From assembly GCA_002633005.1 (NCBI GenBank), contig NMRA01000054.1, forward strand, positions 18,218-82,217: a DNA stretch of 64,000 nt, given 5' to 3'. This stretch comes from Phoronis australis. Lineage: Eukaryota; Animalia; Phoronida. Below, piece by piece: positions 38,481-53,389 of this stretch. A program made the position numbers and the translations under genes. Under the pieces are notes generated by a model. It was given only the letters and a program-made list of their open reading frames with translations, was not told the DNA's origin and did not search any database. How positions within the stretch are numbered: the first letter of the stretch is position 1; every line of letters begins with the position of its first letter.

Positions 38481-40672
38481 TATCATCACATCTTTCCATG
38501 TAATGACAATGTAAAGTATCAGATGACTGGAATTAACAGCTTTTGAGATATTAGCAGATAAACTGTGTTTTAGTTTAAAAAAGTATCAAAATTTAGCATT
38601 AGAAAGTTCATCTTCTTATTTTTAAAGTTTTATTTAAAAAATTCACTGTGAAGCACCTTGTAATTGGTTAGAATTACTGTAAATAACATTGTGATTACTA
38701 TGGCATAGATTTAATGTAATTAAAAAGTTGGTGAAGTCATTGCAGTTGGTCAACGTAAACATGGCCATTTGAACCCTAAAATGCACTGATTACATGTACT
38801 TTGGGCCCATTTTCTTCCCACTACTAAAAGCTTGGGATTTAGCTAATTGAACTTGCACTACTCGGTCACTTACTAAACGGTGAATATGCAGTCACCATGT
38901 AGTAACAATCACCCCGAGATACATTGTAGTTATAAATCCTACGTAAAGTCACGATGCGTTGAAGTGCTTTTAGCAAAATGTTAGTGTTCATGTTGATCAT
39001 AGATTATACACAACATACATGTAGTCCATGATGTTGACCCTACGCCGATCAGTGAGCCAGACTATTTTCACTCACTAAACAATAACGCATGAGTCGAACG
39101 TTTTCCGTTAGAAATGCACATAAATGAAATCCTAGGGAAAAGTATATTGGGTCAAACTTGGGAGAGCATAAAAACCAAATAAATCCATAACTTACTTCAG
39201 AAATGGAACTTCTTTGAGTCAATCGAGGTGTCGATGTGCTTTCGAAACCATCACTGTTTTGCTTTCGGTGACCTTTCACCTCTCTGAGGTCATCAGACCA
39301 TTTCCAAATAAGGCACCGCAATGCATTTTGGGACTGTGATGTCGGACTTGACGAGCACGAAGGCGTGTCTTTTTGGTCAAGTTTCAAACGTAAAGAAAAA
39401 TACTCCAAACTCATCTAAAACTCACTATATTTAACCTACAAAAACTTGTATGACACGACGTGATACAGGTTTCATGCAAGATGGGTAACATTTACTTTTT
39501 ATTCTTATCTTACACTATTTTTCACGTTCCAAGCCACTTTAAGCGATCAATGTTTGATTTATTTTTCATATCGTTTCACTTATTAATTTCGTCTTAGAGA
39601 TTATATTCACTGGATTCGAAAATAATTTGGGGGTAGCGCTTTAAAGAGATAATAACGTACTGCCGCCTACTGAATTATAAAGATATACATTATACAGAGC
39701 TCTCCATTTTCACTTCAATGACATGGATACCAATATTTTACCTTTTACAGTTTGAGTATTTTTCAGAGCATTCTGTACATGTATGTCAATCCATGGGAAT
39801 TCTAAGGAACTTAGCCAAGCCTTTTTGAAAAATGCCAACCATGAACTGTATCACCAGAGTTCTTTACTTAGATATGGCACCGTGCATAGCTGGTGTACTT
39901 TATTTTGATCTGGTAAAAGCCATAATATTGAGGAGTTCCCGTGCTAGGTCGGGATTGACACAAACAATGAACGTGCTTATGAAATTCTTGACCTGTTAAG
40001 TGGAGCGGTCAGGGCAACACGGGAGGGGTTTCATAAAGGATAATCTACAGCGATGATTGATCTTTCGTGCACACATGATTCAAGTTGCTTCTAAAACAAT
40101 GGAAACGGAAAACTTGTGCCACCCTCGAATACTAATGCCACTGGAATACTAAAACGGGATTTTTTACTTTTTAGCTTTGCGTGAGAAAGTACATTGCCAA
40201 CAAATACCCGTTGACGGTAGTTGTAACCACTTTAATTTGTTGACCATCACCTCGCGTCAAATCTGTTTAAACCACTTAAAGTTTGAAAAACTAGAACAGA
40301 TTCCTGTTTTGATACCTTATAAACCTGTCGTTCAGGTTTTTATTATAACTCGGCAGTAGTGCCTCTGTGATGTAGATTTCGTTAAAAACGATTCGACATT
40401 GATTGTTAGGTAACTTCTTTCTGCATTTCTCGTATTTCATAAAAATACTCCTTGTGTGCAATCCCGACGTTTTTTTGCTATTGTAAACATTCACCTAGAC
40501 GCTGAAATTGACGCTTTCAATAAAAAAAAAACAATTACACACGTGTTCGCGAACATAAATCAAACCGGTTTTAGGATGGGAACGGTGTTAACTTGTGTGA
40601 TGTAGTAAGACATCTTGCTTAAGAACATAATGCTATTTTTAACGATGAAGGTCATTGCTTTTCTTCGAACTG

Positions 40673-40680
40673 CATAAATA
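40673..40680 (+). promoter_or_regulatory. TATA-like box of the Cys-repeat gene
   Basis: CATAAATA 55 nt upstream of the ATG at 40728. Confidence 0.45.
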
Positions 40681-40727
40681 GGTGGGCCAGAGTTGATAAC
40701 CATCTTAAGTTCAACAAAGCTGTCATC

Positions 40728-40763
40728 ATGAGGGGTGAAGCCTTCAACAGCATCATTCCGTTG
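40728..40763 (+). CDS. Cys-repeat secreted protein, putative exon 1 (MRGEAFNSIIPL; signal peptide start)
   Basis: atcATG context, strong phase-0 donor TTG|gtaagg, upstream TATA-like box. Joined to the next exon it gives a plausible signal peptide. Confidence 0.55.
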
Positions 40764-42974
40764 GTAAGGTATTGTAATTTAAAGGGTCACCTGCGCGCAC
40801 CCAGCCTAAAATATGGGGGGCTCGAATTTTTAAGATTTACAGATTCACAGGATACGTTCAGAGCTAAGGATTATGCGTTCGCCGAATTTTGGTAGTTCCT
40901 GCCTTTTAGAGGACTTTTGTCTCTTTTTCTATTTTCCGAGTCTGTGTTTCTATGAGGCGGAGCTTTTGCCCACTTTGCCGAATGGGGCAAGGGGGTAAGC
41001 TGCCCCCGGGTGCGTACAAGAGACACTTTCACCTTTACGACCAAAAAAGGCATTTTTGGGATAATCATTGGATGGAATAGACTTTTTGAAGTTATTATCT
41101 TTGACCAGATCGATAACGGTTTGTGTTTTTGTGACTTCATTGCCAATTCTTGCCGTTATCTGTCAGATATTTGTTGAAATCAAGACGTGACTTGGTCATC
41201 CTAACACGTTGAAAAACTCCAACTCATCGAGCGTCAGACTGTGACCGCGAGGGACATCGAGAGTAAAAATTTCGAGTCCGCTCTGAGGTTGTTCTCAGAT
41301 AAACACATTTCTCGCCCACGTACAGTATACATTTAACGCTGTATCTTATTGTTGAGTTAAATGAATAAAATAAGAGCTCAGGTAGATTAAAATCCGTATT
41401 CTAGTTGCAAAATTACAGGTAAATTTTTATTGAACATATAATATGTGTCCAAATATGGTATCAAGCTTCAATCACTGCATTTGAATCAATTTTTGAACAG
41501 AGATTCATAAAATGGACAGGTTATTGTTCTCAAGTATTTTTATATTTTCCAGGTTAAAATGTCCAAAGATATTTTTACAATGTGTTTATGTTGAAGTAGT
41601 TTTCAATCGACTTAGCGGTCGAAAAAACACACTTTGGCGATATTTTTTGTTAAAGTTGACCTCACAAAAGTTATTGGCTTTGGCCGGTTCTACACAATAG
41701 CAAAATATGTTACCTATTGGAAATCTTAATGTAGGTTGCCGATGGTTAGCAAAGACAAGCTTCTAGTTTCAGTAAACAGAAATTTCATTACGGTCTTCAC
41801 TGCAGTAGGCCTACTCACCAGACGGTTGACCGTGAATGACATTACCACGGGTGGGGGAGCTCACGCGATCCAAATTAGCTGCGCTTTTTAGTCACGGTTA
41901 CCAGCTAGTGTTAGCGAATCAGCTTTAGGCGGTTTATGCTAGACATGGGAAGTTGCCCTGGTGATACATGATTCAGTTAACAAATAAAAATATCACCTAA
42001 AAGCTGTGCTGGTAGCAATACTTTCAAGTATTTTTTGCTATTGTCATCAACTCGAATTTTTTCCTTATCGAATTTCATTTTTGTTGAATCCCATTGTTAT
42101 AGTTGTACTGTGCACAAATGTGATGGTGGTAATATCACGAAGTAGATACAAGCGTTGTGTCTTTATTATCATACCTCAAATTCACATGTACAGGTCTTTT
42201 CAAGAATGTAGGTTTTACGTGTTTAGCTGCACTAAACAAAGTTCTCAATTAAATTATTTTGGTGCCGTTTCCATCGTAGTAGAGAATGGAGTCAATTGCT
42301 CCGCAAACAAAATGTGGCAAAGAGAAAGCGCATTGGCATTGGCATGAAGAATACAGCAGCTTCTGCGGAACACGTGTCACACAGTGTTTGACCTTCAGCA
42401 AATAAATGTGCAGGACCACTGGGTCAGTTACTTGAATATGCGACAACATCCACATAGGGCCTATGTGTGAAAGTTTACTGGCTCCGCCCTAAATCCACTG
42501 GCCCCGGACCAGCGTGTATTTCGAACGCTGGTCTCACACTGTTTTCTTCCACCAAATGGAGTCTAACCACATGCCTCTATCAACGTATCCAGTACCTGAC
42601 CTTGTATTGCACGCAGATATTCAAATGATGTTTGCTTGGGTTCATGGAGAATTAAAGTCCGTAGGCTGTAAAGTTCATTCTCCCAATAAAATTCTTTGAC
42701 CCCTCTTTTCCAATTATGAAGATGAAGTTTTCAACCAATATCGAGATTGTTAAATACTTATTGTAAATAAGTACAATAAGGCATTTGTAATCTTGAGTTC
42801 TTTTTTCGTAGTAACCGGTACCTGTAAAAAGAGAAAAGAAAAATAACGATCAAATATACTTGGGGACCATTTTGTTACATCAGTGTTTCCCACGACCAGT
42901 TTTAGTCTCAATCAAAATGGCAGTAAAACCCTTAAAGATACACTGAGTTCTTATAAAAACGTGTTGTTTTATTT

Positions 42975-44516
42975 CGCTCTGTTACGGATTTACTGGTATT
43001 TGGACACACCGTATTCTACGAAGTTCGGCAGGCCACAATAATTTGTCCGTAGCACCGAGGAGTTTGGGGTCTGTTCGGAGATAAATTCGAAATTTTCTTC
43101 CGTGAAATGCAGACTGGAGAGCCTCTATCTGTGTTGTTTAACTTGTGATTTTTTTAGTTCTAAACACACAAAACGCTTGTTATCCCGGTCAGTGGCTCGG
43201 AACCCGTTCAGGCCCGTCACGGCCGCCGCGTCTGGCACGAACATAAGCCAGCTTGAGTTGGAAACTAAACCTACAGTCACGAAAAGACTATAATAGTGAG
43301 CCAAAGAAGTAATGTGCACGTAATATTATGTGAATTAGCATCGAAACTCAGTGAAAATCTACTTATTTGTCGGGGGCCGCGATGTCGGGTTCCCCTTCCA
43401 CACACCGTCAGGGCAAAGGTTGTACCGTGACAATAATGTGAATAATGTATTTGTATTTCTAAATAAAGATTCCCCTAACATGTGACCATGGCATATAAAA
43501 TCGAGTAATTGTTTCACAACAGCTTTCTGTCAGCAAACACTGAATTAGCATGTGTTCACGCGGCCTCGGTGCCCGGTCAATTACCTTTGTTACTGGCATC
43601 AAAAGCCGGTAACGCAGTGGTTTATTCATTGCTGGCTTCTCAAAACAATTGCACTCACGAGCACTGGTTAGGACTGAGAATAATTCATTTTAAACAGAAC
43701 GCAGAATAATAAACGTCTACTTATAAACAGCAACTCGCCCCGCGCCAATCCCCATAACGGGAGAGACCGTCCGGAATTGGTATATGGTGCAACTCCGGAC
43801 AGTCTGGGGTCAACAGAAAACCACAGTTCAACTGTGAGTCTACACCAATGTGATAAACGATAGTAGTTCTACTTGCTGCGTCAGCTGCAGGTGTGCTTAT
43901 CTCTTTTATGACACACAGAGTGTGACTGGGTAAAGCGTTTTCAAATTAATGTGGATAAATCAGTGGAGTGTGAGACCCCTGAGGTCCCTGTCACGTCCTC
44001 ACGACAATTCTACGTTAAGGACTTAATCAAGAGCTCAGGCGACGAAGACTTCATGAGTCGGATCGTTAGGTTTCATAGGCTATCAGTTCAAACCGGAATA
44101 CACTGATCAAGAAATACTAGAGAGCCCCCGCGAACATGCTCAAGCAACGGAACGTATGGATAGTTCTTTGGTAAGCCGGAATTCGTCAGAGAAATCACTG
44201 TCGACGAAATGCCGGCCACAAACACGGAGATGTTTCACGGCCTCATACTTGCTATTAACAGCCTACCTTTCATTCTTCACTACCGCGATCCACTTCCTTA
44301 GCATTTCGGGCTCTCGAGGAAGTCGAAAAAACGATATACCCGCTTTCTTCGCAACTTCATAGTTCGGACAAGCGGGAACGATGCACCGCAATATATCGGC
44401 ATTCTCTCCGCGTCGCTGCGTCCTTTCTCACCTTCCTCACAGGTTAACGCGACACCTCTCGGCAAGGTGAGGTCGACCGTATAAGAGGCGATGTGGATAT
44501 AGGCCGATTAAGACGA
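42975..44516 (-). mobile_element. Second copy of the THAP/Kolobok-like family (termini eroded)
   Basis: Reverse complement of ~10160-11530. Best-preserved THAP (~44157-44390): CIVPACPNYEVAKKAGISFFRLPREPEMLRKWIAVVKNER*AVNSKYEAVKHLRVCGRHFVDSDF. Confidence 0.8.
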
Positions 44517-44791
44517 AATTTGTGTTTAGAGGAGTTTTGAGCTTAGGTCTCAGAATTTGCAAGCGTACACGCTAAGCCACGACACACACACTTCAAACAG
44601 AGTTGAGTATTTGCAAACCAAATTTGGTAGAGTTTACCAGTGTGTACGCCCACACCTTTCTACTACTAACAATCGAACTAGATTTTCCGGATAATAAAAA
44701 AGTTACATCACACGTCTTGTTTTTTGCACATATCAGGCTCCCAGCTTGCTAATGAACTTACAGTGTTCCTAAGAAGTCTCGTTTTTTGTAG

Positions 44792-44842
44792 ATTGTGATT
44801 TCCTTTGGCTCTGCTCAGTCACTGTCACTGCCATTTTGTGAG
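44792..44842 (+). CDS. Cys-repeat protein, putative exon 2 (IVISFGSAQSLSLPFCE)
   Basis: gttttttgtag|...GAG|gtacgt, 51 nt, phase 0/0. Ends C-x like every repeat exon and supplies the first Cys of the first module. Confidence 0.7.
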
Positions 44843-47800
44843 GTACGTATACAACTTTCTACTCCATTCTCATCTCTGAGGTTTTATATTTGGAATCTTA
44901 CAATGCAGTTTTGGGGGCATCCGAAACTGATAATTTCGTAGCGTCAACTTTTCATGAGAGGCGTTTATCTACACATTCTGTGAACTTCAATCATACGTTA
45001 AAGAGTGGTACTAGAACTGAAAGTCGCACTTGCGCAACTACATGTATGAACCACCTCCGAAGGAAACTTTGAGGTTACAAAAATGACTCAGTGGGCTTTT
45101 TCTCTTGTCATTTGGCTAAAAATCAGTCTACCGATGACTTAGCCTGTTCATGGAAACCAAGGTCAAGTCAGAAAGTCTGACTATAACTCAGGCCAAAAGA
45201 CAGAAATCCGCAGCCTGCTGTGAAACAGACTAAAAGCCAAAGTGAGGTGACAAAATGACTTTTGATTACAGATTCTTCCAAAAAACAAGTCCCTAGACCC
45301 TCTGTTTCGTGTAAAGTGACTCTAGAATCTAAGACCAAACTTCTGACATTTAAGTGAGAAAATTGGTATTATAGTGTAGAAAAGGGTTTTCTAGAAATTC
45401 TTGGTAGTACACGTTTTTTAGTTGTTTCATGTCTAAGTGCCCCTCCTGGAGCTTTTTACCTGTGTAATCTTGGAAACCTCGATCATTTTTTAACTATGCA
45501 AACTATGTCCGCCATCATGCAAAATTCTGTTTTTGCTTATAATTTCCATAGCAACCATTGCAGATAGATTGGTTTGATGATCATTACATCATGCATTTGC
45601 ATTATTCATGTGCATTTTGGGGACTAAGAGTAGTTTGATTTATCTTCTTGGTTACATGAATCTGCATGGTAATTTCATTAAGATTTAGAAAATAGTTGCG
45701 CGAAGCTTGGATGTCCTCGTCTTTTATTTATTTCACATTTGATAACAAGTTCTCATTTGATAGGATTTAATTTTTTACATAACTACGTTGCCACAGTATT
45801 TAACAGTACAAATGTAGGAGTAAGTGACCAGCGCACTTTCAAACTTGGTTGGCTGTAGTTTCAATTTTCGACACTGTTTCGTCTGATTTTGACTATGTGC
45901 TTCACATTCATTAAACACATGCATATACATGTATCGTACATATGCATATACATATATATGATTTTCGATGAGTTAAGACCAGCTTGCAACTCCATATGTG
46001 CCAACATTCGAAAATCAAAAAATGGAACACTTGGAGTGAATAAGCGGAACATCTGGACATAAAGTGGGACACCTGGCTCTGTGCAAAAAAGCATGAACGA
46101 AATATCTGAAAACGCGCCACCAGCGCTTTTGATTTTTTTACCCAAACGGCCTGGCAAAGCACGATTATAAATGGTGAATGTTAATTTCGTGGTATGTAAA
46201 AATTCAAGACGTTTGGATGGTGGAACAGTAAAGCGGAACAAACCTTCAAAAAGAAGACGTTCCTGCCAAAACCGGGTCCGTTGACAAGTACGGTGGCATT
46301 ACCTGGTTCTTTGCTACGTTATATAACTGTTATGACGCCAAGTATCTTAAAAAGGAACCAAAATGGAACATATATTATTAACCGCATCTAACTTTTTGTA
46401 CCAACATTAGAATGCAGGTGATCTTGTTAAAGATGCGTAAACAAAAAAGAACACACAAGGGACTTTAAGGGAACCATAAAACATAAAATTTAATAGAATT
46501 TAATTGTACATAAATTTATCGTGGTATCGAGTGAAAATGTATTTTAAAGATTTTACGTTATATCATACCGCATTAAATAGCATCAAACTTTCCTAAAATA
46601 GTTTAAAGTAATACAATTGTGTCAGTGTAAATAACACTAAACATGCAATCAGGTCCCAAAGGTAATATCTGATACAAAACTGTTAATAATATGACACTTC
46701 TGTCTCAGATTTCATTTACTTAATATTATATCGTCTGCAACTCAGGCGTCGATTCCTCAGTAGGTACAATATCATATCTTGTTGTTATTTAATTATTTTC
46801 AGGAATTGCTACAAGTTCAATGCACAGTTACCGTTGTTGTCATCTTTTCTATCTCTTTTGAAGTAATAAATCGTTACATTTTAAAATGTTTCTTTTACTA
46901 GAGAAAACTTGTAACATAACGCGCAAGTGCTTACATATAAAGTGTGATCCGCCCCTTGAGCAGTCTCGGTGAAGTATTTAAAAAATCTGCCGAAAAAATG
47001 AAAGATGCTTAGCAATTGGAAGCGAATGGGATAAGTACAAAACGTACCTCGATTGGCGTAGATGAAATAATATCCAACTGGACATTGTTCAGCGTCTATA
47101 CGCCACGCTCGGTTTTGTGTATACATGTACATGTTCAAAGAAGTGGAGCTCGTTCTACGATGTGTAAGTTCAAATATTGCGTTAAGGTGAACTCTGGAGG
47201 TAGACATTTTTCGAGGACTTGCGACTAAAGTTGGCTATGGCTAAGGTCAACGGCCATTAGAACTGCTGGAAACGGACCTACAAAGCACGAAACAATTTTA
47301 TGTGGAACGGGCGCCTACATTCTTAGAAAACAGTGATTTAAATGAGGGACTTGAACTTGGTTTCATTGAAAATGTTCTATGGAACAAAAAAGGCCAACGT
47401 CGGAGTCAACGATAGCTGTAGCAAAACGGTTAATAGATAGGTTTCACAAAGCGATGTGAACGTGAATTATCACGCATTTATAATACCGCGTCCATCATGC
47501 CTTTGTTGGCTGTGACGTAATTTCGATAGTGTTTCAGTATTCACGCCAGTGTAGAGAGATTCGCGTCGCTTTAAGGTTATCTCAAACCTTGATGGCCTCC
47601 ATTCTAACTCGTATGTCACAAAAACTAAGCTTGTCAACCACTAAAAGTATATATATATACTTTCAACTTCACGTAAACATAATAGCTGTTGCGAAACTCA
47701 TTTTTATTGCTGTAATCATATATTATAGACAGCAGATTCGCAACTCCAACATTTTCTGAAGTACTATCATAGAGCTGGCTCCGCCCTCCTAAATTGCCAA

Positions 47801-47989
47801 CGTAACCGAGCAAACGCTTGAATAAGACTATTATGTAGTGGTGACATAAGATATGTTTCAAAACAGCACAGAGTGTTTAAGTTACAGTAGTATTAAAGTT
47901 TTGAATTATGCTCATTTTCTGATCGCCAACCTTGCTCATAGCAGTCATTTACTATTTGCGCGAAAATACTTAAAACGAGACTTCGCACA

Positions 47990-49290
47990 TGACACCTTGA
48001 TTCAACTAAATTTCATAAAAACGGTATTTTGATAGCAATTGTCTAACAGAAGATACCCAAGTATTTCTCTCACTGCGACCTAAATCAGCTAACATGTCAT
48101 AAGCCGCTTTAGAGTATCTAGTAGGTGGCATTTTCAATATCTTAAGCCAATATTTTACACATGTGACATTGTACTTTGCATAGAGCGGATAAATTCCACA
48201 TTTACCCAATTCAGCTGCGTTTGAGCAAGAATTTCCAACTGCAAGAGCAATTTTACATATTTATTTTTAAGTCATTTATATTCTTTAAATCCCCAGATTT
48301 CCGCACCGTAGCACATAGTTGGAACAGCAATTTATCAAACAGTTCAAGTGATAGGATCAATGGTAATTCCGTGCACCGATGTCTAATTTTAGAGATAGGC
48401 ATAGAAGCTTTGCTACCTTGACGTGCCAGATTAATCTTGGTGTAAAAAATATTCCAAGATACTTATATTGGGGGACAACCTCCAGTACTTGATTTAATAC
48501 TGCATTTCATACGCTCTGAGTTGCCCACCATTTCTAAAAACAATGATCTTAGTTTTCTTCAGATTTACACGCACATGCCCCAAGAAGAGCAATAATCATA
48601 AAGGCAGTTTAACATTCTTTGCAAATTTATTTGAGTGCTCGAACACAGAACCATGTCATCAGCATACAACAGCAATTTGACTTCCGGTGTCTCTTCAGTT
48701 ATATAAAACCCTCTAATAATTTGGGCATTATCTGGGACTTCGATAAATTAGTTCAGCTAAATGATAAACAATGGTGGGCTGATCATATACCCTTGTCTGG
48801 TGCCAACAGAACAGTCAAAAAAGTCGGTTAGCCCTTCACGGGTCCTTACGCATGAACGTACATGGATTTCAGGACTTTAAGTACGTTACCATGGAACCAA
48901 TTTTTTTTGTAATCTATACCAGAGTAGCATAAGGGAAACTCTGTCAAACGCCTTCGAAAAGTCGACAAAAGCACAATAAAACGACCCCCGGGCTTAGTGA
49001 TATATTTTTGACAGATGGCCTGAAGCGTAAACATTTGGTCCTGAGTGCACTATAGCCCTTCCGCCTGTGATTCACGAAGTTCGTCAGTTGCCGCAGCCCA
49101 TGTGCTAAGCCGGTTGTTCAAAAGTTTGGGGAATAACTTTCCTACTGCTGACAACAATGAGATAACTCTATAATTGTTCTCATCTTCAGTGTTATCCTGT
49201 TTAAATATAGGAACAATTATTGCGTCACACCAGCTCTGTGGGTAGTGACCCCTGTAACGAGAATTCCATTGAACAGCAGTTCCAATACCG
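47990..49290 (-). mobile_element. Degenerate LINE reverse transcriptase (RTE-X-like)
   Basis: IVPIFK..NNYRVISLLSAVGKLF, YCAFVDFSKAFD, GTRQG..ISP, LLYADDMVL, VNLKKTKIIVF, YKYLG, YPL..KYWLKILKMP. Many frameshifts. Confidence 0.85.
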
Positions 49291-50691
49291 GAACGTTAGC
49301 TACCCTCGTTTTTGAGTCCACCCACAATAAACCAAACCATTGTAAGATGATTTTGATAATTGGCGTATACGTTCTCAATGTAAAGAGGACGGTTGACGAT
49401 GACGTCTTCGACTAGTGTGGCGCCTCCAAGAGGTAGTTTTGTTTTGTTTTGCGCTCATCTTAAACCCATTGCAGGATTTTTATTTAGTAAGTGTATTTAT
49501 ATGAAGCTAAAAACAGGCGACGACGGCGTTTAGGCGGATCTGACGAACGCTGTGCCCCCCTAGTGGCAGCTTCATTTTTTCCGTTTTCTTTTGTTTCTCA
49601 GAAGTTCCATGAAAGATTTTTATGAAATTTGATAAATAGCTTTCTATTAAAGAAGCAATGGCATATACCTTTTTCGGATGGATTGAACATATTTGCACCA
49701 TCTAGTGGCCATTTTATGATACAAATGAAAAACCCTAGCAACCCCCTTTTTTCGGTGTTTTCGTGGGCACATTTCATCGCTCCGCGTTGTTCTTGTTATT
49801 TTTATGCGCTAATGGCGCAAAGGCACAGGCCAGGAATATCCCTGGTATTCAGTTATTGGGGTCAAGTGAAAGTGGATTGTTTCTGAGATTCCATTCTCTC
49901 ACGCAAAGTCGGCTTATTTCAGTTTGAATCTGACCTCCGAAACTGCTCTGCATGGTAACCGTGTTTGCAAATCTGCGAGTTGTTAGAGACAAGTCCAGCA
50001 GGTTTCAATTGTATGACAAACCTTCACGGCAAAAACCTTGTGTCGATCATATTGCCAAGTTGACCTTATTTATCACTAACCGTTTAGTAACAGTATATTC
50101 GTAATACCGAACTTGTATTATTCACCTTTAAAATGGTCAGAGTTCTTAACACTAATTGTTGGCTTTCGCCTTCCATCACATTATAAGAGGTAGATGGCAT
50201 CTTGGATTACCCGGTTTTCGTGAACAGGTGGCAATTTTTCTCAAAAAGAAACATAAGCAATAAGTGAAAAGATATTAAAACGATCATTCAGGACCTTTGT
50301 TACAGTAAGCCATTTGTATTCATGGATGAATTTTCACAGCAGTTTTGTAGCCGCCTTGTCTTCATTTGAAACCGAAGGTCCCCACTCTCTGATTTCGAAT
50401 CACCACATCTTTACTCGAAGAAGCTGTTAACGTTAACGTAAAAAATTGACATCTTTGGCGTAAAACTCACAAGTTAGTCACCATCTTCATAGTGGTGGCT
50501 CATAAACCAAACAAATGTTCAAAATCGTCAAACCACCGGGTTTGAAACACTCGTCTTACTTTTTCAAGGCAATAACCACGAGATCGAGTGGGCCGAGCGA
50601 TAGTGAATATGACGACCGGTTAGTTGTTCGAAAGGACACACTTTCGATTTGAAATGTTACGTCTATTAATCAATGTTCATATTTCATACAG

Positions 50692-50760
50692 CCTCAATTC
50701 CCATGCCCCTTGGATCAAGTGTGCCTCAATGGGATGTGTGTGCCGGGGCCGTCATGCGCA
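50692..50760 (+). CDS. Cys-repeat exon B0 (PQFPCPLDQVCLNGMCVPGPSCA)
   Basis: atacag|CCT...GCA|gtaagt, 69 nt, phase 0/0. Paralogous to the later B exons. Confidence 0.85.
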
Positions 50761-52093
50761 GTAAGTAGTGGGTTTTCAGTGCTGAGTAGTGCAAATTCTC
50801 GTAAGTTGCAAGGTTTGCTTAACGCCAGCAGCAAGCGTACACTCCAATGTAAAATAATCTTGGTGAATCCGGAGAATACACAAGTATCGGGAAAAAGGTC
50901 CTGCCTTTGGAAGTACCTGGTTATAAGAGGTCCTTACAGTGTCAGGTGAATCTAATGTTCATTGATCAGCAAAACTAGTTTTTCAATGTTTTAGATTTTT
51001 CTAAACAAATTTAACTACTGTAACACAATTTGGTGTTCAGAAGATACACTAAAGATCACGATCCCTGATACCATCTGGAACACCTCGGGTATTTTTGTAG
51101 CTTCAAATGATTCTCCGGAGACGTTTCATATGAGCGCATATGCGATTTCCGGTCATTACAGCTGAGAGATTAGGTCAAGAGACGGCTTATGGCTTCAGCC
51201 TGTGTATCTTAATAACCGTCACGCGACGGCCTTTGTCTATCTTCTGGTTACCTCACAGTATTCTACACTTGTTGGAACGACTGAGGTTCTCATATGCGCA
51301 GACGTGAGACACTGTCAATGGATAATTTAATGTTAGGAAAATACCCGGTGTTCTGAATGCCCTGCTAACACCATTCGTTATGCCTCTTTAGTTAAGCAGC
51401 CAATTGCTTCACTTCTTACAGTATAATTTGGTCACGATATTTGTGAATTCTGTTTGCCATGCTTGTGCTTATTAGTAATTTTGTTCTCTAACCGGAAGTC
51501 TTGATAGGGTGTTATGATTCCCAAGTAATACAAATTAGGTTCACAAAGCGAAGAAAAAATGGAGAATTTGATTACGTTTGAGAAATAATGCACATATTGT
51601 TATTATGAAGCATTGATTGGCTTGGCACATTGGAACAAAGTGAGCACATCTCTTTTTACTATCGAGAGATATCGCCTTGAATTCTAAGCGAAGCACTTGA
51701 TTGCACTATCATCAACGGAAAACGGCCTTGGTTCAGCCTTGTGGCGCAAAAAGGGCAATCCGTTGAAAATCCCTCTCTCAGCAGCCACATTAGAGGGAGA
51801 TACCACGCACTGTGGAACATCAGAGTCACTTAAGCTATGATTGGGGTTACTCAAGGATTTTATCAACATCTTGGGCTAAAACGCAATGTTTTCCTTCGTC
51901 CTTATTTCAAAAATCGTGAATTTCGTGAATTTTTTACTGAAAATTACTTCACACGGGAAAGTGACTACTCTGCACTAGACTTTGCGTGATGGTATTTTCG
52001 TCAGGAATTGTTTAAAGCATATTTTCGACGATCTTTCGCTTTTCATGCCCCTTTAAAGTAAGACAATGCTTTTAATTTTACATTTTCTTGCAG

Positions 52094-52156
52094 GTCATAC
52101 GATGCCGTCAAGGCTACATTTGCAAGAACGGAGAGTGTATACCAAAAATCTGCGGG
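52094..52156 (+). CDS. Cys-repeat exon A1 (VIRCRQGYICKNGECIPKICG)
   Basis: ttcttgcag|GTC...GGG|gtaagc, 63 nt, phase 0/0. Confidence 0.87.
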
Positions 52157-52970
52157 GTAAGCGTGGAAGTAGAGTGCCTTATTATGTAATGCTAAAACAT
52201 GTTATGAATGCACTCATTTTATCATGTTTAACTCTGCATCTTTTAATCAAGAAGAAGGCATCGCATTCACCCATCATTAAAGAAAATCTGTTACCAAAAC
52301 TTGAGAGAATTGTTCACTTCGAGTATTAATGTACATTTACATCGTCCTATCCCAAAATATGTAACCAAAGCTACACTCTTTTTGAAAGCTGCCTCACAAC
52401 ACCATTCGCTTCAGTTGTTTGCTTCATATACTTCAACATCGCCATGTTGTGATGACTACAGTGGTGATATTCGTTTTTGATATGTAAAGGAATCCTCATA
52501 GAGAACAAAAGGCAACCAACTGTTTTAAAAAATTACAAGAAGTCTCAGTGAGTTGGGGGGAATCCATATTCAAAATAATTCGCCAGGATGTGGTAACCTA
52601 AGTTCATAAACTGAAATGTAATAACCACACATCAATCATCATTATTTTGTGGTACTAAACTTTCTTATTTTGCTGTTAAACTTACGGATGGAATACCCAA
52701 ATTTCACAAACTGAAATTTAATATCAATCTTCAAGTACTATTATTTTATGTTGTGTGGAATTTATGAAACCAAACTTTCTTACATTGATGCTTAATTTAC
52801 GGATTGCTACATTAACACTGCAATTCTGCAGCTGAAGCCATAGGTCAGTGATCGAAAGGATTCCTATTTAGAACCCCAGACGAACTGCAAACCGTGATGT
52901 TCTTTAATTTAGGAGGCATTTACTTTATTGTTTTCTGATTTCTAACGCACTGCTTTTTTATTTCACTTAG

Positions 52971-53045
52971 CCTAACTTCCCGTGTCCTCTGGGCCAAGAC
53001 TGTCGCGGCAACGGTGTTTGTGTGAAACCAAAACCCTCCTGCGCT
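52971..53045 (+). CDS. Cys-repeat exon B1 (PNFPCPLGQDCRGNGVCVKPKPSCA)
   Basis: ttcacttag|CCT...GCT|gtaagt, 75 nt, phase 0/0. Confidence 0.87.
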
Positions 53046-53389
53046 GTAAGTTAGTTTGTCTCTGATTACTACAGTATAATTCATCAAGTAAATATAAGCC
53101 ACCGGCCCCTTATACATACAGTGAACGGTGTACAGTCCGTATGCCCACATGTCAACATTTAATACAGACAGTCTACGCTTTTCAGTTAAAAGGAAGATCT
53201 TTGCAACATTTCTTAAAACATTTTATATGACTTAATTTTCTGAAAGACAATTCTCAAAAGACACAACTGGAATCCTAAACTAACTCTAAGATCCGCAAAA
53301 CCGGGGGCACAAGTAAAAAGTGGTACTCGTTTTTAGTTCCTTTCACGTCACAGCATGGACAAAGTCTATCTTCTCAAAGCATTCCAAAA

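Noticed and set aside
41813-42840. Antisense exon signals inside intron 1 of the Cys-repeat gene (strong acceptor at ~42822, donors at ~42596 and ~41818)
   Set aside because: The frame I translated from the acceptor hits a stop and no coherent exon chain or homology could be built.
52066-52329. ORFs 'MPSRLHLQERRV' (also 61550-61783)
   Set aside because: Wrong-frame read-through of the A exons. Splice sites and cysteine periodicity define the other frame.
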